DNA of 64,000 nt, from NCBI GenBank assembly GCA_035084275.1, contig CM068747.1:1798001-1862000 (forward strand), written 5' to 3'. The notes beneath the pieces were generated by a model, which was not told the origin of the DNA, did not search any database, and saw nothing but the letters and a program-made list of their open reading frames with translations. Origin of the DNA: Hydrolagus colliei (Eukaryota). This document shows positions 26,562 through 38,690 of the stretch, in pieces (position 1 is the first letter of the stretch; the number at the start of each line of letters is the position of its first letter). The translations under genes were made by a program, and so were the position numbers.

Positions 26562-29500
26562 GTATTGTATATTCTGATCAAAACAGTTCATGTTCCCGAA
26601 AATCTTCCAAATTGAAAATAAGCTAATACAATAGTTGAGTAATCAAACTCAAGACATTTACTAGCCTGTATGGGTTGGTAATACACCAGACAATGCATTT
26701 AGTACAGAATAATGTTTATCCTGGAGAATCATAGTACAAGTGCTATGTATTGCAGTCTCCATAAAATGTGCTTGTAAACACTGCAATGTCCACCTGCTAC
26801 CTCCAGGTAACGTTATACCAAAAACATTTAATTTTGTGTTATATATCTGGAAACATTTTTGGTTCATATTTGCAACTAAAAAAAGTTTAACAAAGAAAAT
26901 TTCCCATATAACTTGGTGGAATCAAATGAGCCATGATGATTCTTGTGCACATTGACAAATGACTACTCACTGTGTAGAATAATAATTGATAAAACTTCAT
27001 CTGTCTTTGAGAGGAAGTGAATCAGACACATTCTGGTGACATCAGTGAAGAGAAGCCATTGAGTATAACCTGCACTGATGCTAGTGTGACATCCTCTTGA
27101 CGTGAAAAGCGCTATACAAGTGTAATTTTGTTATTTTGTTGTAGTGTCATCAATCTGTGATCATTTTCTGACTGAGATCAGTTGAGCAAATTAGCTTCAC
27201 TTCTTTTCAACTGTATATATTCTAGCATCGGTTCTTTGAGGACATCTGATTTTGTTCCTAGTAGTATCAGTGAAATATAAACGTCATAAATGTTGCACTA
27301 TTCTAACCAATTTAATAGATGCATTTCTACTCCTTAAAAATCTTAAAAGATTTAAGCAGCCAGGCTGCTTTGTAGATATTCAAACCTTTGGGATTCTTAA
27401 GAGTATAGCATATGTGATACTAACACTTGTCTTGATAAGAAAAATCTCAAATACATCATAAATACTGTCATTTCTCAATTCTCTTTACGTCTTTCTAACA
27501 TGTTTTATAAGACCCATCTGGTTTTTAACCGGTCAATGCTATTGACTTGGTTAAAAGAAAATCCAGTTTGCTGTTGTGTGCATTGTGCTTTTCTCTAGCC
27601 TTTTCCCTCCAGTAATCACCTTTGGTACTCTATTTGATTCCCAGTTCTCACCATTTTTTTTCTTCCTTGGATCTGTAATTCTGTTGTTCAAATACATAAG
27701 AGAGAAATAATTCTGTAACCAGTCTGTTCATTTTGTTCTATTTAAAAAGCCTATTGGAAGTTGACAATTAAACTGACTGATTAAGAGCACACAATCAGAT
27801 TATATTATATCCCTTCCAAAAGACAATCTACAGGCAACCAATGTCTATGAGAAGGATTATGAGAGAAAAGAGAATTGAATTATCATAGCAAGTTATAGAA
27901 AAGCCCCTCCACCTTCTATTAAAGAATTATTTAAATCCATTTAAATTATTCATTTCAAAGAAGAACATTTGTACTCTCTTGTGCATTCAAAAGGACCTGA
28001 TGATTCCGACTTGCATTATGTGGCACAGCCTTACATGAACAGAGCATGTATAAAATTTAATTATAGTACAATATTAAATGTTCTCTTGCTGGATAACTCT
28101 ACCGGCGTAGAAAAGATGAAGCTGTGCCAGAAGAGACAGTTTCATTTACAAATCATGCAGTTGAGAATGCACAAGAGATTCCTTGAGCCTTGAAACCTTT
28201 TTTCTTGGTTTACAATAGATGAGTATTCAAGACTGGTCCTTTGGTGTGAAACAGTAGAAGAATACGTTCACTCCCTTTTACAACCTCAACTGGCTGTAGA
28301 TCACATAAAAAGAATAAAGCAAAAGTACACAATTGAATTAAATAGTCACAGTATTGCAGCACTGAGATTTTAAATATAATAATAATAAATGTTAAAAGCA
28401 AGAAACAATTTAAAAATAAGTGGTTAATTAAAATTATTCAAATCACAGCATATTTGGAAAAATCTAACGTTAGTTAGTCTACACATTGCATTTGCATATA
28501 TTCAAAGCCACAAACACAACTACAGTGTGCTTCTTGACTATTTCTTGACCTTCCCCCACAAACAATTCTTCATCTCTAATGTTGGAGCTGGAACTTTTAT
28601 TTTAATGGAAGGAATTGTGTTACTAGAAATTATAGAATTGACTACCTTTATTGCTGTTATAATAAACACAGTAAAAGCAAACTGGGCTCATAAATGGCCA
28701 TATTAATGAATGTACAGTCATATTTTTAACTCAATATAACTGACATACTGCATCTGCTACAATTAATTTTATTTCATGATTTTTATATTACATACATCTT
28801 AATTTATATTTGTAGTTTAGGGTTGACACATAGTCCTGCTTGACCACATTTCTAAGCAGATGTGCTTTTTTTGATAATGACTTCAACTCCATCAGTAATT
28901 TAATACGCCCATCTGCAGTGAATCAAGGACAATTAACAGCTCTGTGCAGACTCCTTTTTTTCGTAGATCTATTCTGCAAAAAAATGTTTTGCCTACCCTT
29001 TTAAACAAAAATGTTTGGCTTACTTTTTAATCTAAAAAGGCAACTTTCTTTCAATCTATTTATTTTCCTAAATTACTCCCCTTACTTGATTTTTCTAGGT
29101 TGAGGAAAGCCAACACCCATTCAATGCTTTATTTGAGTTTCATTCTTCATATATGACCTCTAAGAATTAAGAAAACTACAGCATTTCACACTGAGGAAGA
29201 ATACAGTGAAGTCCAATTCTGTTTTTACCTATGGTCCTAAATTTTATCTACTCTTAGCTTGCAAGTCTTTTTGTGCAAATTACTTAAATTCAATCTTAAT
29301 TCGGAAGCCTTTTTTAGAAGTGTGAAAAAAATTAAGACTAAATTGAATAATTCTGTGCCATCTTAACTTTTAGGATATGATAGTTTAACATGTCATTTGC
29401 CTTTTTGAAATTAGTCCTTTAGTTTAGATGTAATCTGATTATATTGCTGAAAGTTTTAGGTCATGATCACAATGTAACTTTTCGCAGGTATCAACCCGGC

Positions 29501-30115
29501 TCAGTTAGAAATACATTCATCCCTGGACCAGACTATTGTGGTTTCAAAGCCCAAATCAGAACTAGAGATGATAGCTGAGGCTAATACTCCAATCTAGTAT
29601 TACATTGTGATTTTAAACTGAGATCCTATTGTGGAGTAAACCAGGGTTTAATATTTTAAAAGGGATCTCAATGTTGAGATTATCTCTTGAAGGTTTGGAA
29701 TTCAAAAATCAATGTTTGCAATCCCTTCTCTGAAGTTTTCTTTTCAAAAAAGAGAGTATGACTGACTTCATTCCTTAGTGTTCTTTACTTCTCAGAAACA
29801 ATAATCCAAAAATACTTGACGTTTCATTTCTGGCCTTACGATAAAAAGTTGCAGTGTTAAGAAGTGTAGGTGGACATCTTGATCATCTCTGAACTGAGAA
29901 GATACCTGAAACTATTCACTCAATTAATGAAGAAATAGTTTCAGGCCAGGCTACGGGAATGATGCTTAGTGTCACACTCCCCTCATACCACTACCTTACT
30001 TGCTACCACCATTGTCTCTGAGTCAGAAAGTTTTAAGTTTAAGCCCCACATCGCAACTTTTAGATCATACTCTGGGCTGACACTTGACACTAGTCTCAAA
30101 GCACTTCACAAAATA

Positions 30116-30548
30116 TAGGTAGACCCTGCCTAATGTCACCTCAGTTAACATTTTTTCGTTATTACGTTGCTGGTACATTGGGAACATATATTAATTTAAC
30201 ACTGCAACGTTCGCTATGATGTCATTCGCCAGAGGGTGGAAAATGGGCATGACGGCACTAGGACCGAGGAGTGAGCTAGGCCGGCAGCAAGAGAGCGAGC
30301 CAGCCAGCACCGAGTGAGACCAGCAGTGAGTGAGTGAGCCTGGCAGGAAGTCAGGGAGTGTGAGTAAGCCGGGCAGGCAGACAGGGAGCGAGTAAAACAT
30401 TTTTAAAGAAAATTTTGAAGAAAAATGTCCAAAAGAACCTAACTCCAGTATTGACACTCATTTGTATAGAAAACGATATTCGCTTATCGTTGTTTCGCTC
30501 AAAGACGCACTTTTCAAGAACCAAACTATGTTAAGCGGGGTCTACCTT
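30116..30548. mobile_element. Tigger-like MITE sharing TIRs with the 13.1 kb element, inserted in a SINE tail
   Basis: TAGGTAGACCCTGCCTAA ... TTAAGCGGGGTCTACCTT with TA flanks; the flanks rejoin into the SINE tail cttcacaaaata|tactgtaaa. Confidence 0.85.
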
Positions 30549-33169
30549 TATACTGTAAATTGAACTGACTGTATATTTTGAGAGATGAGGCACTATATCA
30601 AATGCAATAATTATTAAGTGAAAAGATAAATTCACAAGTCAGTTAAACTATGTGCAAATGTTTAGGCTGTTTTATGATTGACATCTCTTTGGTCAAAGGG
30701 AAGTCTTAATCATAACTACTGAAAAATCTTAATACTGTATTACATTTGGCAGATTGGTCTGTGAATAAATCTAGGAAAGTCCTAACATCAACAAGAAGTA
30801 AATACAGTAACATAACAGTGAATACTAGAAATACTAAGCATAGTAAAATATTGAGCATCCATATTGAAGAAATATTTTTAGAAAAATTTCAATAGAAGTA
30901 GTCAACTCATAAACTGTCATGAAAATGTGCTGAATCAGGTGTACTATAACATCATATATAGCACACTTCACATAAGATAACAACTAGGAGTACTTCACAA
31001 TGGCGGAGTAAGACGTCAAGCTCGACAGCAGGAGAAGTGCTAGGTGACTATAGGTTTAAATGAATCAGTAGGTTTTAAAGTGAGAAATTAAGGTAACTAG
31101 AGAGAGGGTGAGATGTAAGTCTGGAGGTTTAGAGGCAGAGAGTTCCAGAGATCTGGGTTGTAATGAATGAAGATTTGGGCTCTGATGGTGACAAAAGTTG
31201 GGGGTGGGGTGTGCAGCAATAATCTCCTTGAACACTTAGTACTATTTTAATAAAATACTTAACACCATTTTTCAAACTTGACTACATGTACATATGCATA
31301 TATTTATAATAATGATAATTTGATATAGTACTATTCACGTTTTCTAGACATCTCAATAATATATTCAAGGCACTGGTTACTCAATTCTATAAATCAATAA
31401 ACCTCAGTGGTTGCATGATGGTTATTGATGGATAAATTAATATTGTACCATCAGTTCTATTATATGAACAAATGTAATCATTAATTTCTGTAAACATTTA
31501 ATACTATTTTAAGAAAATATTCAACACAACTTAAAAAAAGGATCACCTTCACACCAATAAGATGACTGCCGCGTTTTGCCCACAAATATACAGTCAATTC
31601 ACTTTACAGTACATTTTGTGAAGCGCTTTGAGATGTCTAGATGACGTGAATAAGCGCTTTATAAAATGCAAGGATTATTATATAATAAATGTAAAAACTT
31701 AATTCCTCTGTGGGTAGCCAATAATTCTGATATGAAGGAGTGAAAAAAAATGTGAAGGAGTGAAGAAAAACTGCATTGAAACTCATTTTGTCTTATAAGC
31801 ATGAAGTTTTATATTCGTCAATTCTACAGTTCTGCAGGCAAGCATTACCATTATTTCCACAATGAAAGGCACAATATTTCTACAATGCCAGGTTGAAATA
31901 TCATTTGAATATGTAAAGACAATTTCTAAGACAAAACTGTGTCTACTAAATCTAGCAGAATGTCAATAGGCAGTTGCACAGAAATGCAAGAGGCTGACCA
32001 TGCTAGGTCTGCAAATATGGAGGTCAGGGGAAGGCTATTGACTTCTTCATACTGCCAACTGAAAACTATTTTACTTACAGCACAACCCAGATCTCCCTGT
32101 ACACTTTCTCTTAAAAGGGCACTTAATTTAAAACAATTAAGTACAGTCACTGGGAGCAATACAATAATGAAATCTGATTTGTTTGTATCCTGAGGTCCAT
32201 TGCTCCAGTGATTTCTATTGCTTTAATTGCAGTTTTACAGGAGACAGTAATCTATGCCTACTAGCTGTCAGTTTTTCTCAGGAGACTAGTTTACAACAAA
32301 ATTACAGTCTTTTGAACTGTAGCTCAATTTTCCAGTGGGTATTTAAGATTATTTTTTATTCTGTGCATTTCACAGACTGTTGTCAAATTGCTGTCAAACC
32401 CAGACAGATTATTTGGTCTATTCATTCGGTAACAAAGGATAAATCCTCTAAAATGAGCAATTAGTTTCCAAGCCATGAGAATTTCAAACAGTCAATTTCC
32501 AATTCTCTTCATTAAATTTATGATTAGTGATCAGATATTTACAACCCTTTTGCCATTAATGGTCTTATATTAGAAGCAGTACTAATCTTTTTTTAATCAG
32601 TAAATATTCAAGACTATTTATGAGGATTTTTAAAGTTAATAATAGTTACCAGATATTTGTCACCTGATAAAGTCTGAATTAATCAATTGACACTGAAGAC
32701 GATTACTCGTTAAAACGTACATGCAGAAACAGAGCCCCAGGGCAAAATCTCATTTATGTACTGTATTATGTAAATATATATATTTAATTAAGCAGCTTAT
32801 TCTGAAGTACTAATGGATCTACAATCCATTTGTACTTCAGAATCACTTCAATTAATAGTCTAGCCATATTTCAAAGTTTAAGAGCACAAGAAAATCTCAA
32901 CGAATTAGCCTGACAAGCCCATTCCTTCTTTATCTGATGCATAATGACCATCACTGCTCCCGATGCCATAACTGCAAGATTCCTGTCCTGTCCATCCTAG
33001 GCCTCCTTAGCCTCAAAGTGATCACCTTCAATTCATTCAACAGATATTGATCCCACTCCCTTCTAAACTTTGTTGACTCTGGTGAAAGCAAAATATCACT
33101 CCCAGCAGAGAAGTGGGAAACCTAATTTACACATATTTTTCTTACTTATATTGACCCAAGGTTGAGTGT

Positions 33170-33455
33170 GTGTGTTATTGAATGGTTCGAGCATTCGCCT
33201 TGCACGCATGAGACATGTGTTCGAATCCAGGCAGGGCGAAACCTTGGGTAAGTTTCCTTACTCCACTCGCCTAATAATCTAAAAAAGACCATAATAAATT
33301 GATCATTTCAATCCACGATTGTTTGTGAGGCACTGCCGCGTTTAGCCCACAAATACAGTTAATTCACTTTGCACTATATCATGTGAAGTGCTTTGAGGCA
33401 TCTAGAAGACGCGAAAAGAGCTCTATCAAATGCAAGGATTATTATTATATTATTA
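33170..33455 (+). mobile_element. tRNA-derived SINE
   Basis: B box gttcgaatcc, linker accttgggtaagtttccttactcc, tail. Confidence 0.85.
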
Positions 33456-34518
33456 TGTATGTTTCCATGTTGAATATCAGGATTTTGTAGATCTTCATAA
33501 AAAGTCACATGACCAACCTTTTTACAAATAGCTTTAAGTAACTACCAAAAATTCCATACAACTAAGTAGGGGGGTGGGGGAGGGGGGGAGGGGGAGTGGG
33601 GGGAGGTGCTGCAACAGAAAAATTAATGATAAACTGGAAGACAAATCACTTACATCATCTGCACAAATCAATGTTGCCAGCTCCATGCGTTAGCTAATTT
33701 GATTTAATATTGTTACAATGAACTTTCTTGCATGTATCATACGGAATATGAATTATAGCCATTAGGGCACAGACCGAGGAATAATAAATATCTGAAACAA
33801 TTTAACTCATTCAGCACCACTTTTAATTTTATATTTAGGATTTGTATTTTCAACCATGCAATCATGATTTCTCTTTCTTGAATAGATCACTACTTCCTGG
33901 ATAGATCACTACTGAACAGTATTCTACCTAATTTGACATGCGTCTTATATACTCGCCCTTAACTAAAATGACCTTTGCCAACAGCAGTGGATTAGATTTC
34001 CACCAACATTTAAGTAGCTCAATAAACAATATATTGCAGTCTGATATGAATATAGCTATATGTTAAATATTGTTTTTCCACAATAAGAACAGAAAAGTTG
34101 ATTTTGTGATATGCCTTGCAAAACCATATACAGTAATTAGTTTCAAGCTTATTTGACAAGTTTGTTTCAAATGCTCATTAAAGTGAGTGAAATAAGATGA
34201 TGTTTTACACCATCTTTCAAAATCTGAAGTTCAACCAACTGATGTGTGAAAATAATAAACACTTCCAACTACTGTACATTGTGCTATCCAGACAGTGATA
34301 ATCAACTTGCATTACAAGTATCTGGCAAAGCAGCACTGCTCTGTGGCTCATTTCCAGGGCACAAATCAGTGTTCTTTGGATCAATACTCTTACAGTGACA
34401 GTTATCTGTCCAGCACCTTGGGACATCCTCCCGACGTGAAAGGTGCTCTGTAAATGTAATTTTGTTGTTGTTGTTGTTATCTAAAGATGTCTAGTTTAAA
34501 GGATGACTTTCAGTTACG

Positions 34519-35480
34519 ACAACAGCAAAAATTACATTTGTATAGTACCTTTCACATCAGGAGGACATCCCAATGCGCTGAATAGATAGTATTTCAGACC
34601 CGAACTGGGGGTCAGGAATGGGGAAGGAGGGCAGGGGTGGGGGAACGGAGGTTGATCGAAAGCACAGTCGAAGAGGAGGGTTTTGAGGTGGGTCTTAAAG
34701 GAGGCAAGGGAGGAGGCATTCAAGAGGGACTGTGGGATGGAATTCTAGAGGGTGGAGGCCCACCAGCCTGTTACAATGATGAAGTGGGCAAGGCTGGGGC
34801 TGGTAGAGCTGGGGACATGAAGCAGGCTTGAGTCCACTGAGCGGTGGGTGCGTACAGGTTTGTACGGGATTATGGGGTTGTAGATGTAGGGGGCAATGAG
34901 ACCACAGAGAAATTTGAAGGTGAGGATCAGAATCTTGAATTGTATCTCTGTGTGATGGGAAGCCAATGGAGTCGGGCGAGGATGGGGGTGACATGGTCAC
35001 AGAGCCTAGTGTGGGAGAGGACATGGGCTACAAAGTTCTGGATGATCTACAGCTGTTGAGGAAAGAGTTGGAGAGCCAACAAGCAAGTCTGCACAGAGAC
35101 AAACCTGAATGTTATGAATGCATGCACGAGTTTCGGCAGCCTACAAGGACAATATTGGAGTTGGGAGAAGGCAGAGCTGGTCATGCCATTGTTATGGGGT
35201 AGAAAGGATAGTTGAGGGTCAAACAAGACTTCAAGGTTCCAGACTGCCTTGGTGAGATGCATCCATGGGTGGTGATGCTGTCAGCATTTGATGTGTGGAG
35301 GTGCTGACGCGATCCAATCATGAGGGCATCGGTCTTGTTGACATTCAACTGTAGAAAGTTAACTCATCCAGGACTTCATGTCTGACAGACATTCTGTCAA
35401 GACAGCAGTGGTCCTTGAGTCAACGGTGGAGGCAGAGAGATGGCTGGATGTCATCTCCATACATGTGGAAGTTGAAGGTG
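34519..35480 (-). mobile_element. Degraded L2 3' fragment
   Basis: FNFHMYGDD near 35450, FDPQLSFLPH, IQFKILILTFK, SFKTHLKTLLF; tail at about 34519, tail-to-tail with a + strand L2 tail at 34410-34478. Confidence 0.85.
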
Positions 35481-37019
35481 ACATAATCATTTAATGAAAA
35501 AGAACAGGAAAACCATGTTGTAATTTAGTTTCTCAGTAATAAACATACATACACCTAATTATGCAGATTGTAACATTTAAAATAAAGCTACAATTATGTT
35601 CCCTATAGATCTTTCAGAGCTAGAGAAACTTGTAAATTCACACATCAAGAAATTTGATATGTAAGAGAAATACAAAAATTGGATCAATACACAATTTTAA
35701 AAAAGACTTGTTTTCATTCAGAATATATCTAACAAGCGTACATACATTACATGTCTTTGGCATGACCAAAATATATTTAATTCAGAAATTCCCAAACAAG
35801 TTTAGCAAATACAAAATATAAAGTTTTGGGGGATTCTGGAGGTGGAGGAAGTCAGTCCTGATCAGAGACTGGATACGGGGAAGGATAGCTGGGGGTCAAA
35901 CCGGACATCTAGATCATGCATTGGTTTGGTGAGCCTGAGAGAGTGCCCAGGAACCAAGGAAAATGGCTTACATCTTGTCCACCTTCAGCTGCAGGAAGTT
36001 TGAACTCAACCATGCTCTGATGCCTGCCAGACAAGCTGATAGAACATCGGCGGACCTGCTTAATTTAGTATTCACCAATTATGAAAAGCAGCTTCCTCTT
36101 TCAAGGAAACAATTAAATACAAAATCAAAAATGTGTTTATTTGATCAACTATTTCAAAATTACGTTTTAACAATTTAAATCTGCAATGAAATAAAGCAGA
36201 ATACAAATTGGTTCAACTGCAGATTCTCCTAATGGCAGAGGAGTTTTCAATCCTGGTCAAAGGATATCAGAAATCTACAGATACCACAAAAGCAATTAGT
36301 ATTGATAGCAATCTTGGAGTGTGATACGAACAACTTGGAACAATTCCGCATCAATATTAATTTGATTTTTGTTTACTGGAAACATCTACAACAATGACAC
36401 AATTATGATGATAGAAACAAGATTTAAATGCACAAACATTTCCAGACAAGATTTGAAGCCGCTGAAATTCTGAACCCAGGTTAATTTTCAAATCATGAGA
36501 CTCTGTACCTAAAAGAGTAAACAATGTAAATGAATTTTGTAAGTTGACAGCTTTGTTATTTGTTCTCTGAATGTAATTTCTGCATATAAAACCAGTAATA
36601 CCATCAATGGGAAATTTAAATTTTGAGTAGATGGTAGAAGCACACAAAAAAAATGCATTATTTAACAACCTCTTTCCTCAACACAATGGGAAGGCATGCC
36701 TTTCATTCATAACATAGACCACAGATGCTTTCAGAAAGTAATTTGTTACACAAAATGTACACCACATTGCTAAGTTTCTGGTCTTAAATATAAGATCTTT
36801 ATACGAGTCTAGGTTTCAATGCAGGATAGAATATTAGTATCTTTCTTGGTCATTCTTCTATGGGAATTTGAACAGGATCCAACACAATAAATGATAATGA
36901 TCTGCTGCCATTTATAACCACAAGCATAAGTGAATTTTGCTCAACAATTCCCAGAAGGTATGAGCCCACGGTAAAAGAGGCCAGATTTAGCAAGCTAGCT
37001 AACCTCAACTATTTGCAGT

Positions 37020-37340
37020 CTGTATCAACGATTTAAATGAGGAAATAGAGGTTAACATTTCTAAATTCGCAGATGATATGAAGCTAGGGAGAGTAAGCTT
37101 TGAGGATGACACAAGAAGAATGCAAAGTGGTATATTCAGGCTAGGTGAGTGGGCAAGAAGGTGATAAATGGAATTCACCGAGGTAGTAAAAACAGAAAAG
37201 CAGATTATTTTCTAGAGGGGTATAGAATAGGTTGTGTTAATGTTCAGAGGGATTTGGGTGTCCTTATACACCAGTCATATTTAAATTGGTGAGACCACAC
37301 CTAGAATATTGTGAGAAGTTTTGGTCTCCTTATTTAAGAA
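37020..37340 (+). mobile_element. CR1 ORF2 RT fragment
   Basis: INDLNEEIEVNISKFADDMKLG; later QRDLGV and LVRPHLEYC motifs. Confidence 0.85.
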
Positions 37341-37967
37341 AGGCTTCCCTCCAACATCAAATGGCTGGAGGGAAGAGTGTGAAGTCAAAATTGTAAATAT
37401 GTCATGTATTCCTGTTCTGATCTTGGAATGTTTAGTACCATCTTCAAATAAATGTATGGATAGTCCTTAAGTCAATAAGAGCAGAATAAGGACAGAAACA
37501 AATCAAGTAGGAAAGCACTGGTACTCCACAAGATAGAATTATTTCAGAAAATAGGTAACAAATCTTCAGAGCTTCCGTTAAATCATATTTAATAGGGAGT
37601 AGTCAGAAAATGTATCTCTCAGAATATATCAAATTAAAGTGAACATTTGTTTGAAAAACATTACGGAAAACCTATGTAAAACATACTTACATGCGGTTTA
37701 TTAAGATACATGTCTTTAGTCACAATTTAATGTCTGGCCAAGTTAAAGCAAATTAAGATGAACCACAGCCATAGAAATATTCTGTGGTTTAGTCACATAT
37801 ATTTTTTCTTTACTGAAAAGATGGTGAGTCAGCAGCTTTCTCCAGAACACTAACGATATGCTCGGCAGGGCATTTGAGGCAGGACAGATCACCCAGGCTT
37901 GACAACTTTGTGCTTGCAAACTCTTTGCGGTGCCTCACAAACTGGTACTACGGCAATCTGGTGTGGT

Positions 37968-38690
37968 ACAACAACAACATCACATTTATAGAGCCACTTT
38001 GATGTCGGGAGAACATCCCAAGGTGCTGAACAGTCAGGGATCGAGACCCGAGCAAGGGGGAGGGATGGGGTGGTGGGGAGGTGGAGAAAGAGTTGGGAGG
38101 ATGGCAGTAGGTACTACAGAAACTCCCTCCTTGTCGGTCTCTCCAACTCTTCGCTCCACAAGCTGCAGATCATCCAAAACTCTGCAGCTCGTGTTCCCTT
38201 CCTCACCAGGCTCCGCGACCCCATCACCCTCACTCTTGCCCAGCTGCACTGGCTCCTCATCCCTCAGAGGATAGAATTCAAGATTTTCGTCCTAGCTTTC
38301 AATGCTCTCCATGTCCTTGCCCTCTCCCACCTCTCTGAACTGCTGACCCCCTATCAACTTGTCCGCTTTCTTCATTTAGCAGGCTCTTGGCCTAGGGCGC
38401 CAGGACAGAGCCCTGGGGGATGCCACAGGTGACAGTGAGAGGGCTGCATGAGAAGCCATTGGTGGCGACAAAGTAGAGACGCGGCCCATTTCAAGACACT
38501 TCTTTTCAATCATGCCTTCAGCCATGATCCCTCCCCTCCTCCCCACACCCACAACCTCTGTGTCTTTTCTCATCCCAACCCTGGACCCCCTCCCCCGTGC
38601 TCAGGTCCTGAACCCTGAGTGTTCAGCGCCTTGAGACGTCCTCCCGACATGAAAGCCGCTCTATAAATGTAATTTTATTGTTGCTGTGGT
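37968..38690. mobile_element. Rearranged L2 cluster: minus tail, plus-strand ORF2 3' piece, internal inverted RT piece, plus tail
   Basis: LQIIQNSAAR, LHWLLIPQRIEFKI on +; CGIPQGSVL on - at about 38395-38445; outward-facing tails at 37968 and 38690. Confidence 0.8.
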
